Source: Bispira polyomma (taxonomy: Eukaryota). From it: a DNA stretch of 64,000 nucleotides. Below are positions 38,977 to 51,900 of the stretch, in pieces. The stretch covers positions 12,214,001 to 12,278,000 of the forward strand of contig OZ287757.1 in NCBI GenBank assembly GCA_965649765.1. Direction: 5' to 3'. Made by a program: the position numbers and the translations under genes. The first letter of the stretch is position 1; each line of letters opens with the position of its first letter. Under the pieces are notes generated by a model. The model worked only from the letters and a program-made list of their open reading frames with translations. It was not told the DNA's origin and made no database searches.

Positions 38977-41354
38977 GGCCTGTATTCACTAACAGACTTA
39001 GCCAAGGCTTATGATTAAATCTAGCAGCAAGTTATACTAGATTTAAGCCTAAGTCTTGGCTAAGTCTGTCTGTGAATACAGGACCTGGACAGTAATATAT
39101 TACATGTGTGTACAACACAGCTATGGAAGTAGTAAACAGATAAACTGACCAATTGTCGTGACCATTATTTACCATTTACTACTACAGATGTTTGGTGGTA
39201 AATACAGTACGAAAATTCTATCATCTGAACCAGAGATTTCGGTTCAGATAATAGAAAAAGGAGTTAAGAGCTATTTTTTGAGGTGGTAACTTCCTGATAA
39301 CTTAAAACTTCAGCAAAGGTTATCAACAGACATGAAGCATTTGCATTTTTTTTTTTTACACCGGGTTTATTCTATCATACAACCAAAGTCTTGTACAAAC
39401 CTTTCATTCTAGCTTCATACAGAATTTGTTATTTTTTTTAAACCTGTGAACGGGAATCCTATATTATAGCTTCTTCTTTTTGTTATGTGTTTTTTTTTCT
39501 TCTAAATTTCTGTTGCTCTTCTAAAAAGGGTGATAAAAACCGTTTAAAGGACATAAGCCCCTCCTAAAAAGGCAATCGTAAAAACCAGACCCCCCCCAAA
39601 TAAAGAAAACATGGTACTTACCGATTGTTCGTATTTTCACTCCAAATGATGATCAAGTACTTACTGATTCTTTTTGTAATAGTTCAAATTTAAAAAAACA
39701 CACAAATAAATCAACATTTTCTGCGTGGCGGTGTATATTGTGTCAATAATAGAATGCATCACATACATAAGAACATGCTTAGTTTTTTTTTTTTTTTTTT
39801 TTAATACTTAATAATGTAAATATTTGTATTTTATATACAGAAATATTACAAAATTGGATAGATATTCAAATGCAATATTACATATTACATCAAACATTGT
39901 TTTTTTTTTTCAAATTCTTCCATTTGAACAAAACATAAACAATATATTCATACACATCCATAAATGTATGAAATGAAACTCGCAACACTTTGGGTTTTTT
40001 ATTTAACATAAAAAAAATTTAACAATACTTTTTCCTTTTTTGATACATTACAAAAATAAAATTTCCATGCATATTTATAGAAAAAACATATTTTTACAAT
40101 TGAATCAGATCTTAGAGCCTTTATAAAAACAATGTATTTAAGATTCAACGAGATAACCAGACTTCTGTGAAAGGATTCACGCCTTAACTATCACTAAATA
40201 TAACTTAATACTATTATTGTCTACTTCTTGCAAAAGATCCCAAAAAATCCATACCAAACTACATACAGACATACTCGTACAATAGGAACAGATTTGCAGT
40301 GCTTTGACTGACACTTTACCTCTTTGTGAAAAATAGATAAATTCAAAAAAATATTTATCATCTATTTAATTTTTAAAAAAACATTAGCGCTTCGAATGAA
40401 AGGTAACACAATAAATAGATCACATTGGATACCAACCCAGATTTCTGACTCATTCTATTGTAGTAAATATATCATTCACATGTGTAAGAGATGCTTTACA
40501 GTTGTTTTTTTTCATAAAATCTCAAAACGCCCGACTTTAAACGACAGGGTGTTTTTATTAGAAATTTAAAGCTTTTTAACTGTTCTATTTTTATTTGTGA
40601 CATACTTTTAATAAAGTAAAGTAAGAGCTTTCTTGTATAGTGACTAATACCTGTCTGCCCAAAGACCTAGTGCAAATACCGTACCTTCTTTATGGAATCA
40701 ATTTTTGTATTTACATTGAAATAATCATCCCGCAAAGAATAGAAGTATAAAGAATGGCAGACGAAGTGTATTTTTTTTATACTTTTTGTACAATAGTACA
40801 TATACAAACATTATTTGTTATGATACTTTACCGTAAAGCTCAAAACACATGCTCAACAAAATGAAAACATTACAAAAACGACATAGAACGTTCATCCCCT
40901 TTTAAATCGAGCCTCAAGAGAAAACTATCGCCGGAAACTGAAGGCCATTTCAGGGTGAAAGGTTACAGATAGCTAGAGTCACTAAAACGTGGACTACTTC
41001 CGACATTTAATGATGGGTCTCGCATATAATGTTTTAAACAAAGAAGTCTGCTGTACCAATTTTCTATTGCAAGGAACTGAGGGTGACTAATGTGATATTT
41101 TTAGGGTGTCGACTGCTTGCCAACCTCGGGGGTTTATATCGACCCTCAAGGGACCAATTTAAAATACTTCTACTTAGCAGGATTTCCACTAAACAGGGTA
41201 GAATTTTAAAATGACAGAATTTTGTGGGACTACAGAGTTTTTAGTCACAGCAAAAAAAATTGATTTGATCAGAGTTCAACTTAAATGGGGGTTCAATTGT
41301 AAATGTGCCTTTATTACTGAACAGTATATTATCATACTTTTGTGTGAAGACAAA

Positions 41355-41717
41355 ATCTAACCTAACTTTAAAAGTGCTTAACTCTGTGCTAGCAGATTCT
41401 AAGGCGCATGAGACAGAAAATCATTTAGAAAATTTCATATATCCATTTGACGTACAGGGGTCGTGACTATGGAGACACCGGAAAAAGGTAAGGAGGCTAA
41501 GGTGGAAAAGCCTTGCTGAATAGGTAGGTTTTGAGCTTTTTCCTGAAACAGGCAAGTGAGGAGGCAGTGCGAATATCATGAGGCAGATCATTCCACAGAT
41601 TAGGAAAATCATGAGAAAACATTGTTGAAATGTCTTTTTGGCTTGTGAACTGAAAGGTAGTCGTGTTTTAAGGTAGGGACACTTGAGAAAGCATTTTCTG
41701 GCCTACTACACCTTGTA
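41355..41717 (-). mobile_element. L2/CR1-type LINE 3' end remnant
   Basis: Colinear with 9505-9857. Confidence 0.75.
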
Positions 41718-41968
41718 TTTGAATTGGGATATTTAATGTCCACTCTAGTACCTGTTTAGGTTATACTGGGACGGATAGTTAGAAACGCTGGAGGAAACAC
41801 TGCATACAGTTGATCAAGGTTCTGCACTGAAACCAGCGGCCCACAGTGAAGAACTACCACCTTTCCCACATAGGCATCGATGTGAGTCGAACTCACGCCG
41901 CCCAGAGGTGAGAGACCAGTGATTGTGAAGTGCAATGCTTGCTAACCACTAGGCCACCGCGGCCCCCA
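41718..41968 (-). mobile_element. Full-length tRNA-derived SINE with 14-bp TSD
   Basis: A box tggcctagtgg, B box gagttcgac; TSD tactacaccttgta at 41704-41717 and 41969-41982. Confidence 0.9.
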
Positions 41969-42717
41969 TACTACACCTTGTAATGCCATGTATAGGTATA
42001 TGTACACAAAAACCTGGGATGCAGCACTTGTTCTGGGATTTACAGTAAAAAAAAACAAAACACAAATTAAAGACTGAGCACAAAGTTTGAGCTTTTACAG
42101 AAATGAGAATATCAAAATACAGAATAATTAAGACATTGAAGAGAATGCCAGAAAAGACTAATCTTCTATTACATATTTAAATGATGTCTATACAGTAGAT
42201 CCTCTATCATCCGAACACCTTAGGTTACTAGAAGGTTCATAGAAAGAGTAGAAATATGCAAATGTGTTAGAAGCGGAAACGTGTGTTAAGAGAAAACTGA
42301 ATAAAATCACTTATATTGGAAGTTCATTCATTCATTATCAAAACTTTTTTTTTTTTTTTGGGGGGGGGGGGGGGTTGTTTCTTGTTTGAAAATTATTTAT
42401 CTTTTTCAAGGCGTGGGAGTAAATCAGGAGAAGTTTGTATAATAGAAGGTAGTGCTGTACGTTTTAAAAGAGAAACCTATATCTCGACATACATACAGTA
42501 GAATCGCTATTATACAAACATCTTACAGTACGTAAACAAAGCAAGATTTTGTTAAAAAATTGGAAGGTTTTTTTTACCTCCTGTATTAAAAAAAAAAAAA
42601 ACATCAGAAAAACCTCGATTGGGAGAGTGAAAATTGAATATTTGGATAATAGAATTGCTGATAATAGAGGATCTACTGTACAATATATAGAGATATATAC
42701 ATGTTTATACATAAATA

Positions 42718-42723
42718 TTTATT
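42718..42723 (-). promoter_or_regulatory. Candidate polyadenylation signal AATAAA
   Basis: About 36 nt after the TAA of exon 42760-42987; the hexamer is common in AT-rich DNA. Confidence 0.4.
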
Positions 42724-42759
42724 CTGCTGCATTTTATCTTCGTGTGTACACAGATATTA

Positions 42760-42987
42760 TTATAGATAATTCCACATATCTCCAGCCATGCAGGGTGGAT
42801 TCCCCAAACCAACCGATTCTTCGATTTCTCCTCCCTTGTTGGACGGTTGCTCCGGTTGTTCGACCACTGGCTCCTCAGGTACTGGCACTGGGACGTCGGT
42901 TCTGCCGCCATCCGGTTGTGATGGGATCGGTTCATAGTCATAATTGTATTCCTCCACCGCTCCAACGGGCGCAGTCTCCACGGAACC
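42760..42987 (-). CDS. Array last exon: GSVETAPVGAVEEYNYDYEPIPSQPDGG...NKGGEIEES(VGLGNPPCMAGDMWNYL*)
   Basis: tttttcccacatgcag acceptor; TAA at 42760-42762; possible internal donor TCG|GTTGGT at 42814/42813. Confidence 0.8.
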   Translation of the reverse strand, partial: GSVETAPVGAVEEYNYDYEPIPSQPDGGRTDVPVPVPEEPVVEQPEQPSNKGGEIEESVGLGNPPCMAGDMWNYL

Positions 42988-45900
42988 CTGCATGTGGGAA
43001 AAATGGTGTACACTGAACAGATGTGTAGTAACCAAACAGAGATAACATATCGTATTGAGAGAAGTTATTGATGTTGAATATGTAGGTTACAAGAAATCGA
43101 TCAGAATACATTTACATTTAAAGCCCCTAAACGATTGGGATGGCTTGAATTTTTTTTTAATTTAGCGTATTTGTAATGATGGCAGGCAGTGTGTGAAATT
43201 CACTGTGGCCCAGCGCCACCGCTTAATTGAAAAAGCCACTTCTTTTCAAATTCCGGTGGCCCGTTTGGCCACCATATTTCCGGGGCTTTGACTTTTTTTA
43301 CTACACACGCTACAGTAAACTTGTGATACCAGATTGTTCCATTTGCTTCGGCACGCATGCGCAGATGAAATTTATTGTTGAATAAAAGGAAGATTTTATA
43401 TATTCTTAAGTAGTCATATATGTGATCTTTATATATTCTAATTAAACGCATATTTTACTAACTTCATCTATTATTGCCCAGTGCTCTCACTGCTAACCAG
43501 TGTTTCACAGTTAAATCAACCCCTCTTGCCCACTCATTCGAAACAAATAAGAGCGGCTGGTAAATTTTCAGCCCATTTTTTTGAAGTAACACAATATATC
43601 TTTTATTATGTATTAAAAAAATTTGTTTTAAGTTGTATTCTGAAATAAAATTTATAGCTTAATTTTTTTAAGTATTGGGCAACCTGATTGTAATCCAAGC
43701 CACCACACTTTTTCCGCGAAGTTCACATACTAATGACAGGGTACTCATACACCCCCCTCCCCACACACCCTCTCCAAGGATCTGTACACACCCTCACCTT
43801 CACCACTCTGTATCTAGAATACTCATACATACCCCTCCTTCCCCATGGATCTTTATCCCCCTTCACCTTCTCCACTCTGTATCCAGAGAGTACTCATACA
43901 TCCCCCTCCCCTTCCCCATAGATCTGTATCCCCCCTCACCTTCACCACTCCATATCCAGTGTACGTATACACTCCAGGTCCCTCCGCTGTCGCCTCTCCA
44001 GACGTCACCTCTCCAGATTCCACCTCTCCATCAAACTCTCCCCCTGAGAAGACTGGCTCCCTGTTTATGTCTGTCACTGTGGTGGATCCAGACTCCCCAG
44101 ATCCGTACACTTCAGTAGAGCCAGAGGCATCAAATCCACGGTCTCCAGAAATGGAGAATCCTGAGCCTGATCCTGAGACATCAAATCCACTGCCGCCACT
44201 CTGGGAAAGTTAAACGATGATATAGCTATGAATATAGACGATAGTCTTATTTTGACAAACAAGTTCTTATTTGTTGTTAAAATGGACTTCTACAATGAAG
44301 AAAACCTTTCAAAATACAACAAAATTAAATGTGCTGAAATATATCAATTTGAATACAATATACTCACTGGGTAGACAAAGTATGTGTAATCCCCTGATCC
44401 AGACTCCCATCCACTGCCGGAATCCTGGAGAGAGAAACAAACAACACATTACTTGACATGTTTATTAGATTCAATAAGAGCTTCTCCATAAAATGTTTAT
44501 TGTTTGACAGTAATTGTACTTGGGAGTATCATAACTCACATATTAACTTGCCTGCCAGTATTGATCAATGTGATGAAATGTGTTCCAATCAAATCAAATA
44601 TTTAGAAAAGTTTGGGAAAGTATTAAAGATCTCAGAATACTTACCACCCCTTCATAGGGTCCACCAATAACAACCTCTTCTCCTTCATCCCCTCCTTCAG
44701 GAGTTACCTGGAATGTTAACAGACACAGCATATATAGTATTCCATTGTATTTTGTCTTTTTAGCGTGCCGTCTTGATGCAAGGCATCGACTGAATTGCAG
44801 AATTTCCCGAGAGAGACATTATTTTGAATTATAAAAGTAAGTAAGGAAAATATTTGCTGTTATATATTTAAAGTGAACTGTCTACCTGTCTACCCTCTAC
44901 TAAATATACACCTAATTAACATATTCATTACCTAATTAACATAAATTATATTATTGTTTATTCATATTTGATATCACTACATCCAAGATGGCGTCCCTCC
45001 AGGGAAATTCTGCAATCCTGCCGAGGCATCTTCCAAAGTGCAACAACATAATTAATTGACCAATCGAGAAGTCCAACGAAACATAGCCAAAGTCATAAGG
45101 ACGGATGTGAAGTGTACAGGGAAGCAACAACAGAGTCAGTTAACCAATAGAGACGTTCAAAAACATAGCCAAGATCGTAAGGAAGAATCTAAATGTGGCT
45201 GTGTGTGGGAAGGGGACCAAGTGGAGTAAGCAAGTTTGAAGAGATGGGTTTCAAGTATGTTTCTGTACCTAGATAGTGTTTCAGGTGATGCTAACTCAAA
45301 AGGGAGACCATTTCATAACATAGGGGCAGCAGTAGAGAAAGCTCTCCATCCAGCCTTCTTGGTGGGTCTCACAGCCTTCTTGGTGGGTCTTACAGCCTTC
45401 TTGGTGGGTCTTAAAGCCTGCTTGGTTGGTCTTACAGAAAGTAAAGTCTTAGCTTCAAATTCATTGGTCTCTCACCAATGTGGGTTCGAATTTGGTTTGA
45501 TCCTTCATATGGGAAAGTTTGTCAGGTACTTTTCAGAGTTCGATGGTATACACAGTGGCTTTAGCACTGGTTTCTTCCACCAATGAATCTGGCCGTCGTG
45601 ATATGACCTAAGGCGGTTATGAAAAGCAACGTAAAACCCAACTAAATTCCAATTAAAATTTTTAGAAGCATTACATATTTAATTCTTGGTCCAAAACAAT
45701 AAGTTTATTAAAATTTATATTTAAACTTTTTTTCAAAACCTTGAAAAGTAACAATCATTCTAAACTATAAATCTGTCTGTTTGATTTACAACTGTGGTAA
45801 CAAAAGAAATCAAACATTTGCAAAAAAGAAATGAATATTTGGATTAGAGAAGTTCATATGATGGAGTTTTGTAATCTACTCACCACTTCTGGGTAGGTCA

Positions 45901-48900
45901 CCACTCCTTTCTCACTAATGATCACATCAGCCTGTAAAATAAACAAATGAAGAACTCAGAGCTACAGGAGAAACCGTGTTAGGTCGAATCTAGAGCTATA
46001 ACAAGTTGTTCTACTAAAGAAAAATAATAAAATTTTTGTGGTGTCCATTGCTTGCCATCAGACATGGCTTCTGGGGAGTAACAAATGCTACTAGTCGACA
46101 ACCTAAGGGTCAAGGGGTCGAATGGGTGGGCGATATTTTCTCAACAGAATTCTACTTAAAAGGGGTTCAAGTGTACACTAATTGACAATACAGATGTCTA
46201 TTTGTTTTGTGTACATAAATATGCATTAACCAGAATTATAATCTGACTGGTTAGTGTAAATGAACTAATTACTAAGGTAGAACCTGTATTATCCGACCCT
46301 CTATTATCCAACCTTCTATTATCCGAATAATTGATTATATCGACCCATTTGGACTAGCCCAAACTTATTTATTGCTATGTTTTTATACTAAAATGCCACT
46401 TCTATTTTACAGACCTTTTATTATCCAAACAAATTGTCACTCTCCCAAGATGTCCATATAAGAGAGGTTCTACTGTACATATAAACAGAGGCCGGAACTA
46501 CTTTTGTGACTCACCCGACCATCCCCTCCTTCTGTAAATTCTGGGGCCGTTTCACCCTTCTCTCCAGTTACTACATTCACCTGAAAATATAGTGCCGTCA
46601 CTTGTTGAACTTTTGTGGTACAATTTTTTTGAATATTTTAAACAAATTAACCAAACAAACCCCTATACTCAACCTATAATAAATCCCCCATTTTTACACG
46701 GATATAATTTGTTAATAGACAGACCGACATAAAACTCATATAAACTTCATATTTTAACCCTTTCAATTCCAAAAGAAAACTATTGCCCGGAAACTGAATG
46801 GAAATATTTCGGTAATAGATTACAGATAGCTGGAGTCACTGAAAGACACCCCACAAGACTATACTTCCAACAATTACAAATTAACTCACGTATAATTTTT
46901 TTTAAACAGGGAATTCTACAATGAAAAATATAATAAAATGAGTGCTAGTCGACAACCTAAGGGTTGAAAGGATTCAAATCCACCGCTTTGCAAACTAGCT
47001 TCACAAAACTGCACCTTCCAGTAATATATAAACAATTACATAATAATAACACATAAACCAATTATCAGTCTCTTAAAGGTTTTGGGAAAAAAACGGGATA
47101 TTTAATCCATTTTTTCAGCAGTTATGGTACTATATAACGGCACTATATAAGATGTTTTGTTCACTTACTGTTTCATCACCTCCTTCAGTGTATTCCGGAG
47201 CCGTTTCTCCCTTTTCATTTGAAGGCACAAACACCTGAAGATAAGAGTCAAACAGACGATATAACCTTTCACCTACTAACTGTAGTATTACCACGATAAA
47301 TATCTAGTTTCATACTCTCTTGTCAGCAATTTGTTAGTCCTAGAACTTATATCTATTACTTTATTTTTCTTCAATTCCTCTCTATAAGAAATTGTTAGTA
47401 CAGGCGACGTCCATGTTTAAAAAATTATATGCGAGACTGTTATTGAATGCCATAAGTAGTCTGAATTCATCTGTAACTTATTGCTAAAAATATTTTGTTT
47501 GTCAATCCATGAAATACTTACTTCTCCCCACACATTATATTGTTGTAAATCGATGAATTACTTAAGTGTCACACCAATTAGTTACTATCCTTACTAAAAA
47601 ATAATTTTCTTTGTCAATCCATGAAATACTTACTTCTCCCCCTACAATTCCTGTGTACTGGGGACCTACTGGGCCTTTCTCCTCAACATTCAGCTGCAAC
47701 AAAAAAAAAAACAACAACACAAAACTATTATACTGTACAATTGCTATGTGCAATTTAATATCTTACTAAATAAAGAAAACATTCAAAGGTTATATATTTA
47801 ATTCTCTCTTAAAATTTTATGGTATTACAGCATAAAACTTCTATTATCTGAACTTTCTGTTATCCCAGTACACGATTGTCATGATCTTTTGCTTATCACT
47901 ATTTCCCAAAATTCATATTTTCAAATTGTCTTTCCTAATGTTTTAGTAAACCTTCTATTATCCAAACAGAATCAAAGCTAGGTGTGTTGTTGAGATAACC
48001 AAGGTTCTCCTGTCACTGATGCGTTCAATAGCATCATAAATGCCTGTATTGTTACCCGCTCTGTCAACCTTCTAGTATCCCTTACATCGGTGTATTGGCT
48101 CCCCAAACTAATTAAATACCTCTTGTGGGTTTTTTTTATCAAGTCTGAGGTTGTTTTCATTCTGAAAAGGGTGCCGCTATCACTGTGTGAATTACTAGCC
48201 CTGACATTTTGGCTGTATCTTTGCCCATGTATAATTAACCTCATGTGACATTGTAAAATCCTTTATTATCACTCACTCTATTTATAAAACCTCCTATTAT
48301 CACTCACTCTGTGTATAAAACCTTTTATTATCACTCACTCTATGTCCAAAAACCTTCTATATTATCACTCACCCCTGCATTGCCCCCCTGGGAATATCCT
48401 TGTGCTTGGGCAGATTTCTCTTGTGATTGACGATACTACAACACATAAAAACAGAATACGCTACAAAAATCATAGATTAATTCACACTTTCAATAATCTA
48501 CCATCACATGAAACACAAACAATACAATCAAATTTGTGTTTAAACGCAAAACAAAGTAAAAACACTTCTGTTATCCGAATTAATCATGTCTAAATATTCA
48601 GTTTAATACACTCTTTGCCCCTTTAACGATTTTCCTATTGTTTATTTACTGAAGTACTTATTCTATTTTGTTAATTGACAGTTTATATCCACACAACATT
48701 GGTTCTACTAGATTAACTAATATTCATGTAATTTCCTATTGTGATTAAATTTTTTTGAATAAGAATAACTATAAATTCTTATATATCCTAACATATTGGG
48801 TGTACATTGATTCAACTTGTAATAAAAAGGATAGAATTATGTAAATTATATTGCATAAACAGGACATCTGCCAAGTTATCGTTGTTTCAATAATAAAGGT

Positions 48901-51900
48901 GTCATATTTTATATTGTGTACTTACCAGTTCAGCTTCCCGTGCAGACGTGTACTGTTGCTGAAACAAGAAATATATCACATTAATATGAGAATAGTGGCA
49001 AGGAAAAATCTCCAAAGAACTACAATAATTGTTTATACAAAATCCCCAGGCGTAAATAATACCATTTCTTAGACTAACAGACAGGCCCATTAGCAGCCAG
49101 GTACCCATGCATACACCGGGGTAGAGAGAGGGACAACTGTTCTGTGTGAAGTACCTTGTCCAAGAGTGTACAATCTCTAGGCCTGCAGGCGAGGATCGAA
49201 CCTGGGACCCTCTAGGATTCAAACTTAAACACTCTAGCCTTGGAGACTAAGTGGTTTTAACAAAAGCCAAAGAAGTGGGCGTTTATTTGAGAGGTTTTTT
49301 TTTTATATACATATCTACACTGCTGTGTGAAAGCCACCTAGCAATATCAATAAACAAACACTTAGAAATCATCTCTTTCTGAAAGTGCTTTTCACTTGTA
49401 ACCTGTACATTACTGTGACTTTATGTTTTATATACATCTTTTCTTTGATGTTTAACTCCCGATTTTGTAAAACTCCCAAACTTTCAAGAAAAAACCTCCT
49501 GCATCCGACATCAAAAGCAAGACATTATTTTTTAGGTCTCTGTGTACCGTATTTTCTATAATAAAGGTCCCCTTCTCTAATTATAGCCCCCCCCCCCTCC
49601 CCCCCCCACCATCTCTAAACATATGTTTAGGTCCATTAAATGCTAATATTTCTGCAGGTACTACATTAAAATACCACTGGAAATCACTACATCACTCTTC
49701 CAGGCAATGTGGAACATGTTTTAAATAGTGACTTGTATCCGACATAAGTGTACGATAATGTAGGTCAGCCTGTAAATTGTATTGATCTATGGCCGAGAAT
49801 CAAACGATTTTGTGGATGGTTTCTATGATTTTCTTAACAATATGTTATACTACCAGATATCAATATCATTTTCTTTAACTTTTTCATGACTAGGAGAAAA
49901 GCACCGGCAGGAACTGATGGAAATTTTTCGGCAACAGATAATAGCAATAGTCATTAAAACAAACACCACAGACTACTTTGGGGGTGGGGGGGACGGGAAA
50001 AATATTGCCATTAACAAAAATCTTCTTACTAAAAAAATTTAAAAAAAATTATAGCCTAAATTATAGAAAACCCTGACGCCCCAGGGGTGTTCATTACACA
50101 AAGTACAGTATTCAGTATGTACTGACCCTGGCCTTCTCTTCAGACTGCCTCCTCTCCAGCTCATAGCGCTCACGTTCTCTCTGGAAAGTTTTAGAGGAAA
50201 AGAAACGTTTTAAATAAACACCCAAGACTTGACAACAATTTTTCAATTTGTAAATTGCATTATGGTCTTTTTGTTAACAGATTTTATTCCTTTATATTTA
50301 CTCTAATAATAGTTAAAAATAAATTATTTAATGCAAACAAATATCAAGTCCCCAATGTCTGATTTCATAATTCAGACGTTTGCGTAATAGAGATTTGATT
50401 GTATTTACTGTTTTTCTTCTGAGAATTATTGTCCATGCTACTATTACACCTGACTCTAAATGTATCATTTGTAAACACCGTAAATGAACTCAAGTTACAT
50501 TTTTTCTCCTTATCAGTAAGATATTAATCTTTAATAACACATATATACATATATGAGCTACCATTGACACTAACATCATGAATGGCAAAAATATACAGGC
50601 ACTTTTTACTGTTTGGAAAAAAACATTGAAAAGAACAAAACTAAATATATAGAAAGACAAAAAAAAATGTCAAGGGATTTTGAAAGTGATCCAATCATTC
50701 CAGAAAGCAAAAAAATGTTATTCAGCCAGTTTAGTATATATCTCACAGCTGTCACTCAGTAGAGTGCATACTTTTCCTAACACGATAGATATTACCTAAA
50801 CATGAAATAATCTTAAAAACATTCTAGAATCCACATTTCCATCCAGACCTGCCTCATAACGTTTGATGGATTCACTTCTTGAATGGAGCTTCCCATCATC
50901 CCTATGTTTTTGGGGGTTGTTGACTAATGAAATACATTCTATCAGTAGTTTTGGAAAGATGACAACCAAACAAACAAACCAACGAACAGGAAGACAGAAA
51001 ACATAATTTCCTCATTTGGTGGCGGTTTTATAAATATACACCACACTACAATTCCTTACCAATCCATGCAAATTTCTTCGTGCATATTCCATCATTCGTC
51101 TCTGCAAGGCGCGAATACAGTAAAAATACAAAGCAAGGTTGTGTATAATAATACAGACATAAGGTGTGGGAAAGGCAAGCTGGAAGCCAAAAAAAAAAAA
51201 AATAAATATTTTTTTAAATATGAAAGGTCCTGTCTCTCTTGAAAAGAAATGCAAATAAATTGATAAGAATTATACATCAAAGATTACCAATTTTTCAAAA
51301 CATCTGATATTTATTGATACAAATATTATATACATACTGAAAAGCCATACAATACATTACGTTTACAATACACATAGTTTATTATCAAATACGATAAGAA
51401 CAAAAAAGCAAAATTAAAAATAGTGCAAGATAATCAATTAAATGTGTAAGTTAGTTAGGTTTTATTTAAAAGCAAAAATAGTTCAGAAAAACACAAAGTT
51501 GAAACATCTGTTTATTCAAGGGTAAATCATCATTCCGTATTTTATGTATTTTTAAAATTTCCAGAAAAATATAATATATTTCGGGGAGAAAAATTAGAAA
51601 TAGTTTTAAATGTTGCAGATGCATGATGACGGATTTCTACGGCAGGCGACACTTACCCTGTATTCATAGTCATCCCGTCCTGGCTGTATCTATAGTAATA
51701 ACGAATAAACAAAAACAAAGGATGAGTAATTCAATACATTCAATGTTACATTATTCAATATTGACCAAAATTTAGGAAACCTAAAAATATCCCACCATTC
51801 CCCTTTTGACCCAAAGAGAAAACTATCACCAGGAACTGAAAGAAATGTTTGGGGATAATAGATTAAAAATAGCTGGTGTAACTAAAACAAACATTCAAGA

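Noticed and set aside
39622-39663. gtaagt donors that might mark a collagen first exon
   Set aside because: Upstream frame has no Met plus hydrophobic signal peptide and contains stops
41870-41968. tRNA gene (A and B boxes)
   Set aside because: It is the head of a TSD-flanked SINE present in several copies, not a cloverleaf gene
42549-44213. Plus-strand ORFs of 122-155 aa
   Set aside because: Antisense shadows of GC-rich minus-strand exons and repeats
47978-48244. Possible extra array exon (LGSQYTDVRDTRRLTER|gtaac)
   Set aside because: Plausible donor at 48056, but no phase-0 acceptor with a pyrimidine tract
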